A stretch of 64,000 nt of DNA from Williopsis jadinii. Its lineage: Eukaryota. Numbering within the stretch: position 1 is the stretch's first letter; each line of letters opens with the position of its first letter. The stretch covers positions 1,798,001 through 1,862,000 of the forward strand of contig AP024664.1 in NCBI GenBank assembly GCA_024346625.1. Reading direction: 5' to 3'. The position numbers and the translations under genes were made by a program. Shown here one piece after another: positions 22,047 through 33,073 of this stretch. The notes below the pieces were generated by a model, which saw only the letters and a list, made by a program, of their open reading frames with translations, ran no database searches and was not told where the DNA came from.

Positions 22047-22511
22047 ATGCCATTAGAAAGCGCAGCAGGGTCGGTACGAACGTATACGTACGAGGAGATT
22101 GGGGAGCATGGGTCATGTGACGATCTGTGGATGATTCTACATGGGAAGGTGTACGATATAACGTCTGTTGTTGATTCCCATCCAGGGGGCGCAGAGGTGC
22201 TATTCGATGCTGTTGGTACAGATGCGTCCGTTGCATTTGACGAGGTTGGGCATAGCCAGGATTCGCTGGACATGCTGAGGCCTCTTCTGGTTGGTGTCGT
22301 TGACGATAGCGATGATGCCCGCCATTACACAGTCCCTGAGAAAGGCATACAGGTTGAGAATTCCAGCATAGGCGAGAGTAAGTTCTCTAAAAAGCTGAAG
22401 CGACGCAAGAAGAAGACTCAGAGGGACCAAACCATGGTGTATTTGCTGGGCATATTAGCGATTATGGCTGCACTCGCCTATATCTGCTTATCGATGAGGA
22501 AAAGGAATTGA
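22047..22511 (+). CDS. Tail-anchored cytochrome b5-like heme protein
   Basis: DLWMILHGKVYDIT, HPGGAEVL, FDEVGHS (both heme-ligating His), C-terminal TM followed by basic tail; first ATG at 22047. Confidence 0.85.
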   Translation: MPLESAAGSVRTYTYEEIGEHGSCDDLWMILHGKVYDITSVVDSHPGGAEVLFDAVGTDASVAFDEVGHSQDSLDMLRPLLVGVVDDSDDARHYTVPEKGIQVENSSIGESKFSKKLKRRKKKTQRDQTMVYLLGILAIMAALAYICLSMRKRN

Positions 22512-23214
22512 AATAGTTTGTTAGAGGTTAGCTATTTGTCGGTGTGTATGTGCTGTTATTATTGTTGTTGTTGTTGTTGTTATTGTTGTTTTTTGCATGT
22601 TGTATTAGTATCTCTGATGACTATACGAACCAGCTCCGCTTGTCTAAATTACCCAACGTACTCCCGAGTGGCCTAGATTTATAAGTGTACGCTTATACCT
22701 GATCCCAACTGTACATCGTCATACGCAGCACCCTGACCCCTGATGTGATGGTCAGTGGCTTGGTACATAGGGCACTTTACGCATGTAGTCTTATCGGCCA
22801 ATGAGGTTGCTCCTGGGCACAAGAGGCATGTCGCTATCCCCTCCCCTTCCCTTCCAATCCTCCTTGCTCGTCCTCACCAGAGTCACCAGTACCGAAGTGC
22901 TAATCAGTGCGGACTCCCAACTCCGCTGTACCGGTACCGGCTCAAAAGTCCCAAATTGGCAGTTTGTCCGAAAAGCAGTTTGACAGGGACTCAAAGTCCT
23001 CACTACGTTTCTACACTAGCACCTACCTTATGTAGCACCAAATTGGACATTTCAACGGCTGGATAAACATCACAACAAGCAGAGCTTAAGAGAACAGGAA
23101 CAGTTTCCTCCATAGCTCATACAAGTAAACCAAAATAGCCAACACCCACCAACAACGACACAGGTGGTGCGTAAAAATATGGTATCGGTTGGCGACACAC
23201 AGCATCAGCCGGTG

Positions 23215-23221
23215 TGACTCA
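23215..23221 (+). promoter_or_regulatory. Gcn4/AP-1 site TGACTCA in the GCN4 promoter
   Basis: Exact consensus about 90 bp upstream of TATAAAA (about 23312). Confidence 0.6.
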
Positions 23222-23460
23222 GCGTCTGTGATGCAAAAAAAATTTTCTCGAGTTGAGATCGACCGCCGTCCCAGCTGGCGGAACACAAAACCGTAAAAAA
23301 ACCAACCTTTTTATAAAAAGGGACAAGGCGCGCCGCCGCTCGCACTTTTTTACTCTTCCGCCCACTTCTCCAACCTCACACACTTTACACACATAATTAC
23401 CGCCAGTTTACACCAGAAAGAGACAGAATATAGCAAAGCTTGAAAGAGAATCTATCCAAA

Positions 23461-23689
23461 ATGTGTTTGTAAACCGCCCCCTATTACGTGTGTTATTAAG
23501 TCATTCCAAGAACTATTAAGAAAATGAGTCGACTATAAGATATAAAGTGTTAAGAAGAAACAACGATCAACAATCGGTTTAATCGATCCAAACAGTGAAG
23601 ACCCCACTACCACAAGTGTATTGCCAAAATGAGCCCGTGAACTTATCAACCAGAAAGAGTCAACTCTCCGTCCAATCATGACGTTATAA
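23461..23689 (+). promoter_or_regulatory. Four short uORFs in the GCN4 leader
   Basis: ATGTGTTTGTAA 23461-23472; ATGAGTCGACTATAA 23524-23538; ATGAGCCCGTGA 23629-23640; ATGACGTTATAA 23678-23689; no other ATG seen between the TATA box and the main start. Confidence 0.9.
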
Positions 23690-23748
23690 CAATCATTTAA
23701 AGAAAGAAACGAATTTAATCTATCCTACCTCCCGTGAAAATATTGAAT

Positions 23749-24636
23749 ATGTCCAAAGTTACCACTACAAGACCTGAAACTATTGCTACTGCCGCTGCTG
23801 CTACTTCTACTATTTCAAAAACAACTATTGATACTACAACCATGAACTTTGATCAACCTACTGCTACTTTATTTGGCTTGTTTGACGACGCTGTTGAAAC
23901 AACAATGTTCGAACCCCAACAGCAGAAAGCTGTTGGCTCCGTGGAGTTGAACTACTCCAAGCCCCGTCAAATCCTGGGTGAGTCTGTGTTTTCACAGTTC
24001 ATCTCTGGCGCTAGGGAGTCTGTTTCATCACCAGAGGAATTGACCCTGTTGGAAAACATGGATGTTCCAGAGTTGAGTCCAAGCGTTGGGACTATAACCC
24101 CAATGCAGTTGCACTCTTCCATTGTGGAGTCCGTGTTTTCACCTTCAATTGCTGGTACCTCTCCAATGTTTGAAGAGACCGAAATGGACTCTGACAACTG
24201 GGAATCTCTCTTCGAGCCTTCAGAACTGCTTTCTTCTATTCCAGCTCCTGCTGAGAAAGATGTCACGCCTTTAGTGGAGACTAAAGAGATTGCAGCTGAA
24301 ACACCTGAAGTTGCTCGTCCATTATGTTCCAAACGCTCTGCTTCTGAAGCTGACTTGTCGTTGCCAGTGTCTAAGAAACCCTCAACCGTTGATGAGCTCG
24401 GCGTCACTGCTTACAACCGTAAGCAACGTGTTTTGCCATTGAGCCCAATCGTTGTTGACAGCTCTGACCCTATTGCAGCCAAGAGAGCTAGAAATACCGA
24501 GGCCGCAAGACGTTCAAGAGCTAGAAAGATGGAGAGAATGAGCCAATTGGAGGACAAAGTTGAAGAACTTCAAGAGAAGAACGAAGCTTTGGAACAAGAG
24601 GTCGAGAGATTGAGAGCTTTATTGGCTCAACGTTGA
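23749..24636 (+). CDS. GCN4: bZIP transcription factor Gcn4
   Basis: SPMFE...WESLF activation motifs, LGVTAYNRKQR, DPIAAKRARNTEAARRSRARKMERMSQLEDKVEEL. Confidence 0.96.
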   Translation: MSKVTTTRPETIATAAAATSTISKTTIDTTTMNFDQPTATLFGLFDDAVETTMFEPQQQKAVGSVELNYSKPRQILGESVFSQFISGARESVSSPEELTLLENMDVPELSPSVGTITPMQLHSSIVESVFSPSIAGTSPMFEETEMDSDNWESLFEPSELLSSIPAPAEKDVTPLVETKEIAAETPEVARPLCSKRSASEADLSLPVSKKPSTVDELGVTAYNRKQRVLPLSPIVVDSSDPIAAKRARNTEAARRSRARKMERMSQLEDKVEELQEKNEALEQEVERLRALLAQR

Positions 24637-26760
24637 AAAGGAACTACAAAGTCAAAAAAGAAAAAAAAAAGCTAAGTGGAAAATTGAAAAAAAGAAGAAA
24701 AAAAGTTGATAATATGTTTGTTTAATATTGGTGGTTCCCAGCTATTAGTATAGTTTATGTGTTTTTGTATATCCGTCTTTGAAATATTATCTTATATTGA
24801 GTTATGTTGTAAATTTTTGCCCTTCCAGCTAATAATTACCTGATTATGTAAATATCAGCTATCTGATGTGAAATAGTACGCTTGTCGTTTCCGACGGCTT
24901 CTATGACTCGAATATTCAGCACCGACACAGGATCTGCAAAGCTCTTTAATATCACTGTTGATTTGGCCAAGTGCCGTTGGAAGGGGGAATTGCAATTCTG
25001 CAAACCAGTTCATCTGTTAACGTTTACTGATAACGAAATCTGTGCGTTTGGAATTTTTTACCTGGTGGGAAAGTACAGTTTTATTGATAACATCTGCACT
25101 TCGCATTACACAACGCACAGTACAACCTCAACCCCACCGGCCTCTCATGAAATTTTTCCCTCATCATTAAGACTTGGTGAATAAAACATTCATAGCAGGA
25201 CCCTCAGTTTCTGCCTCATAAGACACGTCCCTTTGATTATGCTAAGGCTGAAGCCCAATTGGCGTGTAAATTGGCAGCTTGTCCTGACTCCTTAGCTACC
25301 TATTTCTGATGAGTTCGTAAATTCCAGTGGGGGGTGAAAACACAGTTGCCTTATCATCAGACAACAGCAGTCATGGATTCCAACTTCGATGGTAATTGCC
25401 TATGCCAGATGTATAAAACGAAAAGTCATGTTTCCTTTGCAATTTGAATCTGTCGCTCGTAAAGCAGTAGTTCCTAAAAAGAGTAGCCCTCGTTGGGACT
25501 TAATCAGCAATTGGGTGTCTGTACTGATAGCAGGTGTGAAAGTGATCTCGTGGAGTTCGCCAGTATTCTGTGTGTGCCCTCTAGCAGTTACGTACCTTAC
25601 TTTTACCTTGGTTCTTTCAGCAGAGCTATGGCTACGGTCCCAGCGTCCATACATTTCCGAAACTTTACGATGGGGACCATAATAGAACGGAATTTAAGTA
25701 CCAAATGAGCTGGACACCACGATAACCTGTCTAAGTGTTCGTGCTGCTAGCGGATGTCCCCGAAGGCCTAATAGTGAATGTTCTGTAGTTTGGTCCTCCC
25801 CCTCGGTAGCCGGTAAATTGTACCCAGTAACCATATCCAGTGCTTCGTTCCCGTTCACCAGAGGAACTCCTAACATTCCTTCCAACCTCAACACCTCAAA
25901 ATCTCACAAAATAGCAAGCCTCCTATGCTTCTTCAATAACATCCACATAATAGAACCAACAGATCCCATCTCTGAACTAAAACCTACATTACATAAATAA
26001 TATACACACAATACCGTTGGCCACTCCCACTACCCTTGGAGTCTGTCTTGCGCTGGTTTTAACTCCGCCAAGGACGATGTATTGTCGTTACATGGCAGGA
26101 ACGCCATTCGAAGTCTTAAGCTTTGGCGCTGGCTTCGCTAAATCGACAAGCCTTCTCGGACAGGCCCTACAAATTTACCAAGAAACATTGCTTGTTTCTC
26201 TGTATTGTCACAGTAACGCATGTGTTCGTTCGCTTCGAGACCACGGCCAAACGGTCATGACTTGTCAATGCAAGATAAGAACCAAAAGCTATACCCCCCG
26301 CCATCTCCAAAGGAGTCTCCCTCGGTGATCGTTCCAATAGGAGACAACCAATGAACGTGAAGCAAAGTCAGACTTTTTGCCGCAGGATATACCGTAGGGA
26401 ACGTCATGACATTTGTCCGTTGAAGGGCAAAAGGCATCAATTTTTTCGTACATCTAACAGCTTTGTCCGTACAAGGCTGCACGCCCATCGCGCAGATAAG
26501 GCCACTGAGGAAAGAAAAGAAACGACTTGTCGGACTGTCCTGGTGACATGCGGTCTGCTGAGCGATGAAGTGCAGAGAAACGTCTATTTGGCGGTGATTG
26601 GAAAATTTTTCCTTTATATAAAGAGACGATAGCTCTCTCTGGAGTGAGTAGCGTGACGTTCAGTAAGGAGCATTGTATCCAGTGTGTGCTTCTGTGCTGA
26701 TCTCTGCTATAGTGGTCGGGTTTCAAGTCGTTTATTCCACAAACTACCAATTTGCCTGAA

Positions 26761-28323
26761 ATGTCATCGTCACCGGACATGAAATTACAAGACCTTGAGA
26801 AGGTCGCAACGTCGTCGATGAACGACGACGAGGTGAGCTACCTTGGAGACCAAACGCATGGCCAATCGTCGGATACAAAGCTGTCCTGGATCAACCAGAT
26901 TGCCGCCTCGCTCAATGCGGAGACAACCGGTATTGAGAGAGTCACTGAAGACCAGAGAAACCCAAAGGAAGGTGTGTTCTCGTCTGCGACCATGTGGTTC
27001 TCGGCCAACTTGGTCATTGCCTCGATGTCCCTTGGTATGCTTGGTCAGGCCGTGTGGGCAATCTCCTTCTGGCAATCAGTGTTTGTTATTATCTTCTTCA
27101 ATATCCTGGGTCTTTTGCCAGTGGCCTTCTTTTCATGTTTCGGTCCAGAGTTTGGTCTCAGACAGATGATCCTTTCCCGTTACCTTACTGGTGTCTTCGC
27201 TGCTAGAATCTTTGCCCTGATCACCGCCATCGCATGTGTCGGTTGGGGTGCCGTGAACATCATGGTTTCTGCCCAGTTGCTTAATATGGTGAACAAGCCT
27301 CACTCTTTGCCTCCATGGGCGGGTTGTCTGGTACTTGTTGTGTCCACCATCATCGTCTCCATGTTCGGTTACAAGGTGGTGCACGCGTATGAGAAATGGG
27401 CCTGGATTCCAAATATGGCTGTCTTCATCGTCTTCATTGTTCAAATGGCTAGATCCGGTAACTTTACAGGTGGTGGTTTCCCAGGTGGTCAAGCAACTGC
27501 AGCCGGTGTTCTTTCGTTTGGTGGTGCGATCTACGGTTTTGCCACTGGCTGGACAACCTACGCAGCTGATTACACCGTCTTCGTCAGAAAAGGTTACCCA
27601 AAAAGAGTGATCTTCTTTGGTTTGTGTGCCGGTCTCTTCATCCCATTGGTGTTCACTCAAGTCTTGGGTGCCGCTGTTTACTCCGGTACCTATAAAGATG
27701 ACACCTGGGCGAACTACTACTCTGACTACCAAGCCGGTGGATTGATGTTCGCAGTGCTCTCAGTGAACTCCCTTGGTGGGTTTGGCCAATTCTGCTCGGT
27801 GTTGCTTGCCATGTCCACTGTGGCCAACAACATTCCAAACATGTACACCATTGCATTGTGTACCCAATCTTTCTGGTCACCATTGGCTAAAGTGCCAAGA
27901 GTCGTTTGGACCCTTGTTGGTAACTGTCTTACATTGGTCATCTGTATCCCAGCGTACTACCACTTTGAGACCGTTATGGATAACTTTATGAACTTGATCG
28001 GCTACTACTTGGCCATCTACGAGGCCATTTCCCTTTCCGAGCACTTCATCTATAGAAGGGGATTTAAGGGCTATGACGTCACCATCTGGAACGATAAGTC
28101 TCAATTGCCAATCGGTATCGCAGGTACAATTGGCTTCTGCTTCGGTGTCTTTGGTGCAGTTATGGGAATGGACCAGGTCTGGTTCCTTGGTCCAGTTGGT
28201 AAATTGATCAACGAAGGTGGTCCATACGGTGGTGCCGACATTGGGTTCGAACTGGCCGCTGCTTTCGCCTTCGTCGCCTACAACGTGTCCCGTCCATTGG
28301 AATTGAAATACTTTGGACGTTAG
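26761..28323 (+). CDS. FCY2: Purine-cytosine permease (NCS1 family), copy B
   Basis: Close paralog of 13869-15410; same motifs; ends RPLELKYFGR; first ATG at 26761. Confidence 0.9.
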   Translation: MSSSPDMKLQDLEKVATSSMNDDEVSYLGDQTHGQSSDTKLSWINQIAASLNAETTGIERVTEDQRNPKEGVFSSATMWFSANLVIASMSLGMLGQAVWAISFWQSVFVIIFFNILGLLPVAFFSCFGPEFGLRQMILSRYLTGVFAARIFALITAIACVGWGAVNIMVSAQLLNMVNKPHSLPPWAGCLVLVVSTIIVSMFGYKVVHAYEKWAWIPNMAVFIVFIVQMARSGNFTGGGFPGGQATAAGVLSFGGAIYGFATGWTTYAADYTVFVRKGYPKRVIFFGLCAGLFIPLVFTQVLGAAVYSGTYKDDTWANYYSDYQAGGLMFAVLSVNSLGGFGQFCSVLLAMSTVANNIPNMYTIALCTQSFWSPLAKVPRVVWTLVGNCLTLVICIPAYYHFETVMDNFMNLIGYYLAIYEAISLSEHFIYRRGFKGYDVTIWNDKSQLPIGIAGTIGFCFGVFGAVMGMDQVWFLGPVGKLINEGGPYGGADIGFELAAAFAFVAYNVSRPLELKYFGR

Positions 28324-28678
28324 AAAGGGATGTCGCACCCTTGTTATGCTCTTTTCTTGTCTTAGAGAGTTTCATCGTACTAGTTTTTGATTACATTTTC
28401 CGCTGTTTATACGATACATCGTAGTCACGTGCGACACTTCGTAGTCACATGCTCTCTCCACTAACCACCAGCACGTGACCACCAGTACATATTGCGCATA
28501 TCAAAAGAGCGTGTGTAAACCGAAACCCCCTCGTCTCACAACTTTGCCGCGCCATCCCTTATCCGATAAGAAAAGGTGTCACAAGCCCAGAGATGAACAA
28601 AGTAAACAAACAACCCACAACATCGAAGAGATCACCAATACACAGCAATTATACACACACAAGACACAATCAACAGCT

Positions 28679-30470
28679 ATGCCTACGGGAATGGATCCCA
28701 CACGTATCTATAGAAGGTGAGTTTACACAACTGGAGCCGAAGGGGGATGTCTGGACGGGTTTTCCTTGCGAATAGCAATCCTCCCGCCCAATATCATCGA
28801 GGGATCATATACTGACGCCACTCTCACGAAACAGCGCTATATCACCACGTTTTCCCTGTTCCCTGGGAACACGAGCTGCTTGGTCCAAGGTGAAGAGCTC
28901 GGCAACGCCGAGTTCCGTGCCAAAGGGGAGATTCACCACGAGATTTGGTCTCAATGGTGAAGTTGTACGGATATACCCAAACGCTGTGGAGATTTGGGAT
29001 TGGATTCCAGCGGCGTTGGAGATTGAGGATATGGATGAGCGTGCGAAGAAGAAGGAGGATGTGCAGAGGTGCCTGTACCTTGTAGGGAGCTTATCTGGGG
29101 TGGATGGTGTTATTGAAGATGCAACTCCCGTGATGATGGACCAGAATACAAACACGTACGTTTTGGTGTTGACAATTCAGCTCAAGTCTGAGAGGAGATT
29201 CCAAATGAAGAAGTTTGGTCAGTTCTTCATTGAAGACAGCGTTGATAAGCCTCTGATTCTCCCGCCATTTGTGCATGGATTGTACCCATACACCGTGAAG
29301 GCGTCAGAGAGGTTTGTTGCCATATCAACAGATGAGGGATCCTTGACTATATTTGATAGTGAGCAAGGTCATCCATTGCCACAGAGCTATGACGTGCTCA
29401 TAATGAATGGCAATCCACTGTTTGACGTCCAAGGGAGATACCTGAGCTACGTACCTAGCGATCCGATAGACTCACCTCGTACAACGTTGAACGTGCCAAC
29501 AAGGAACTACTCCATATATTCGAAGATCCTACAAAGCTTATCCATCACTGCTCTGGATGGTATTTACAAGCTTACAGAGATTCAATCAATCAAGACAATG
29601 ATCAGCGAGAACAACGTCAGCGCCAACTTGAAGCTGTATCTGTCGAATCTGATCAATGGGCTCAAGGCCTCACAAACGGTGATCATAGTTGATCTTGTTA
29701 CCGGGGATCAACTCGCAAACTTTTCTCCTCCTAATGGCTGCCAGTATATCTCATTGTCTCCTTTTGATACGCAGCTACTCACAGTTTCACAGAGAGGTGA
29801 TCAAGTATACAGGTGGGACCTGTCTCGTATGCCCATTGAAGTGTCGCTTGTCGATATCCAGACCAGAGGTAAAACTGCGTCAGTTATACAGGACATGTAC
29901 TGGGTTGATAACACCACGTACACCATGGTCACAAGATCAAGTGGCTCTATACATTGCTTCAATACCAAGGACTCCAAATGGATCATGCCGAATATGCGTG
30001 CGTTGAGAGTGTCCTCCAATAGTTCAGAAATCTTTGCGCTTGTTGGCGATGAGATATACAACTTAGAATTCAACGGTATATCCAACGCAAAGTATCAGCT
30101 TCCTGATACACCAATTCCAAAATCACTGTTACCTGATCATATCCCAGTGAAACCGGTTGAAGAAGTCGTTGTGAGAACCGATATCAAGGACCCAGTTGCT
30201 TTAAAATCCACAGAGGCACTGGCTCAAGTTGAAATCCAAACATGCTTCTTAGGCCAACCAATATATGACCGTATTGGTTTTGCAAAGTTGAAATCACACG
30301 TTACTGTCACCGATATATTTGGGAATGATGTGAAACTGCAGAAAGTTGAATTTGGTAAGGGATGTGGAGAGGCCATTTTCTCAAGTGATCAGGAGGATCT
30401 AGAGAGTGCCATGAAGAGTGTGATGATGCTCTCTGTCGATACCGACACAGTTGCAAATGATGTGATCTGA
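28679..30470 (+). CDS. BCAS3-like (Atg18/PROPPIN-related) WD40 protein; exons 28679-28716 and 28835-30470
   Basis: Intron GTGAGT(28717)...TACTGAC...CAG(28834) joins an ATG exon in frame. Motifs VIIVDL..LANF, QLLTVSQRG, TRGKTASVIQDM, GSIHCF and LAQVEIQT resemble the BCAS3 family. Confidence 0.65.
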
Positions 30471-30597
30471 ATTAGGACTTGCGTTCCTGCTATATGATTA
30501 GATTCGAAGACTGTTTTTTTAAGACGAAGGGAGGGAACATGGGATGACGATAGAGATTAAAATCTTGGATATTGTTGACGCTTATATACACACTAAT

Positions 30598-32667
30598 TTA
30601 CCAATGCTTTACCGATATGATGTAGTCGTTGATACCATGGAGGAGTTTTCGAACGTCGTGTCTTGAAATGTTCTCTTTCAACATCACAAGCTCGAGAGGA
30701 GTCTTTCCATTCAAGTACCTTACCAGCTTATGGAAAAGAGCAGCTTGTTCTGGAGGTTGTCCCTTGATCACTTTGCTAATCCATCTTCTTTCCACGGCAG
30801 TGGCTCGTTCAGGTTCCAGTAGAATTGTATCATCTTCATCCTCCTCTTCGATCACCATATCCTGTCCATTCCACACGCTTCTGATCTGTGAGGAAGATGA
30901 TGATCCGGACCGATTGCCTGTCTTTTCCTTACCAGTAGCATCAGTAGATAGGTCAGCGAACTTGAACTTGGAATCTTTCGTCTTCTTCGTCAAGCCCTCC
31001 CTTTCAAGATCCTCCTCCACTGCGATTTTGATACGGTTGGGTATCTTTAACCATACAAAGGTCAACAGCTGTGTGAGGTACCCGTATCTCATCAGCCATG
31101 ATAAAGCATCAAGATATATTCCTTTATGGTCCTTACTCGGAATGATAGCCATGAAAGATCTTGGCTTAGCGTTCGAAAGCAGTGATAGAAATGAAGGTAG
31201 AGAAGGAAGGGACGGGAATTCTTGTCTAAAGGATATGATCCTCTCTCCCAAGTTGTGCAATGGAGCCATTGGAGAAACGATAAATACCGATTTCGGGTTC
31301 AGAGGTACCACTGCTCTGGCACGTCTCCAATAGATTAAATGCTTAGCAAATGAGGCCACTTGTAACGGTTCCATTCCATTGCTCTGTGACAATGAGTATA
31401 GCGACAGTGTAGGGCTTATGCTCTTGATGAACTGTGCCAATTGTGAGCCTTGTTCAATCTTCAATTCGGATACTATCTTTTCAGCATCGTCTAGCAATAA
31501 CAGTGCCATGTATCCAATGTTCTCCTCTTCCTCCTCAGTGCTTGTCTCATCAATGGCTGTTGAAGCCAGGAATGAGCCAGGCAGCACAGGCTCAGTCTTC
31601 GGTGGTAATGACTTGAACTGTTTCTTCAACGGGATTTGAAGGGAGATCATCTTATCCTGGATCTGCAAATCCGCAATATTTGAAGTCGATATGGATTTGA
31701 AACACTGTGCAATGGTCTGTGCCAGTGAAGACTCCTTTAGAATCTTATCGTATAGTTCGTTTATAGACAGGTCCTCATTCTGTTCTTTCACTTTCAAGAT
31801 CTTCTGAGATTCCAACCACACATAATCAGATTTAGCCTGTTCGTATCTGAGAACCATCGCCAACCTCGACACAACGTAATGGAACATCTCATCTATTCTA
31901 TGGTTGAATTCAACGACAGGTGGGTTCATCACAAAGACAATGTTGAACATTGACATTGTATTCTCTGTTGAGGCTCCCTCTTCAACATCTCCTTCTTCCT
32001 CTTCCAACATCTCCACCTCCTCCTCTCGACTGATATTGGACCCCTTGGACCGTTTGGAATGTTTCCCTGTCTTTGGTGCACTCGTTCTCCATTGTCCTTC
32101 TTCATTTATATGGATTGGTAGGCCAAGGAAAGCCATATCGTCGACTGCCAGCTCAAAGCGTGAGTTACACATCTGTCTTGGTGGTGTCACAATCTCGCTG
32201 AGAAACTCAACGTCGAACCCAAACACTTTGTTCTCAGACTTCTTATTGTGGTGATGATGGTGGTGATCGCTTGATCTTAGTGAATTGATCTCTGAGCTCG
32301 TCCTTGGGTTCGACGAGATCGAGTTCTTCTTGCTCTCTTTCATCAACCTCCTGGCCTCCTTCGCAGCTCTTCTCCTGTCCTGCTCGTCGAGCAGGTCCAA
32401 CAGGGTCTGTCCCGAGACGTAGTTCGGGTCCTGGAAGATGTTGCTGTCATTCTTACCAACAGCCTCGTCGCTCACAGACGAGGTGTCTGAGTCCTCGTCG
32501 CTGGAGGACTCGTCGCTGTCCAACAAGTCGTTATCAAGAGCGAACGGTGTGGCCTTGAAGCCAAAGTCTTTCGGCTTTGGTGGGTAGTGGAACACCAATT
32601 GGGGACCATTGTGTGTAGATATCGATAGCAGTATACCCAGCAGACACGGATTGGGTAAGAAACTCAT
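30598..32667 (-). CDS. NPR3: SEACIT/GATOR1 subunit Npr3
   Basis: LPNPCLLGILLSISTHNGPQLVFHYPP, RFELAVDDMAFLGLPIH, LRYEQAKSDYV, HLIYWRRAR, ends VKHW. Confidence 0.93.
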   Translation of the reverse strand: MSFLPNPCLLGILLSISTHNGPQLVFHYPPKPKDFGFKATPFALDNDLLDSDESSSDEDSDTSSVSDEAVGKNDSNIFQDPNYVSGQTLLDLLDEQDRRRAAKEARRLMKESKKNSISSNPRTSSEINSLRSSDHHHHHHNKKSENKVFGFDVEFLSEIVTPPRQMCNSRFELAVDDMAFLGLPIHINEEGQWRTSAPKTGKHSKRSKGSNISREEEVEMLEEEEGDVEEGASTENTMSMFNIVFVMNPPVVEFNHRIDEMFHYVVSRLAMVLRYEQAKSDYVWLESQKILKVKEQNEDLSINELYDKILKESSLAQTIAQCFKSISTSNIADLQIQDKMISLQIPLKKQFKSLPPKTEPVLPGSFLASTAIDETSTEEEEENIGYMALLLLDDAEKIVSELKIEQGSQLAQFIKSISPTLSLYSLSQSNGMEPLQVASFAKHLIYWRRARAVVPLNPKSVFIVSPMAPLHNLGERIISFRQEFPSLPSLPSFLSLLSNAKPRSFMAIIPSKDHKGIYLDALSWLMRYGYLTQLLTFVWLKIPNRIKIAVEEDLEREGLTKKTKDSKFKFADLSTDATGKEKTGNRSGSSSSSQIRSVWNGQDMVIEEEDEDDTILLEPERATAVERRWISKVIKGQPPEQAALFHKLVRYLNGKTPLELVMLKENISRHDVRKLLHGINDYIISVKHW

Positions 32668-33073
32668 CTTCTATTGGCCCAGGGTGTGGTTTCACGCCAA
32701 CTTGCCCTCCATCAATATCGCTGATGAGAGTGTGAAGTAACGGCTCTAGGAGGAAACAGGTGTCCGGGTGTTTCACTGCTTCCCCCGCGGCCAAAGTCCA
32801 GTTCTGAAAATTACGCTGGCTCGGAAGCCCCCCAGCCCATTCTGGCGTAAATCTCAGCACCGGGAAATATCTCATCGCTTTCGCGGTTTTGCCCCAGTGG
32901 GCTTCCCTGCCAATCAAGGGCATCAACTGTGAACTGTTGTGTAAAAGCTGTGTGAATTGGGTGAAAAGTGCTGTGGTTCTACAGGTTTGAAGAAGTAAGT
33001 ATATGGGATCCTGTGTACAAACGGTGTGTATGTGTTACTAACAGAAGCGACGCTCTCCGCGTTGCGCTGTGAA

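Noticed and set aside
24640..26750. 2.1-kb spacer as a hidden gene, pseudogene or telomerase RNA
   Set aside because: Short ORFs have no family motifs and I could not support a template or other ncRNA hallmark
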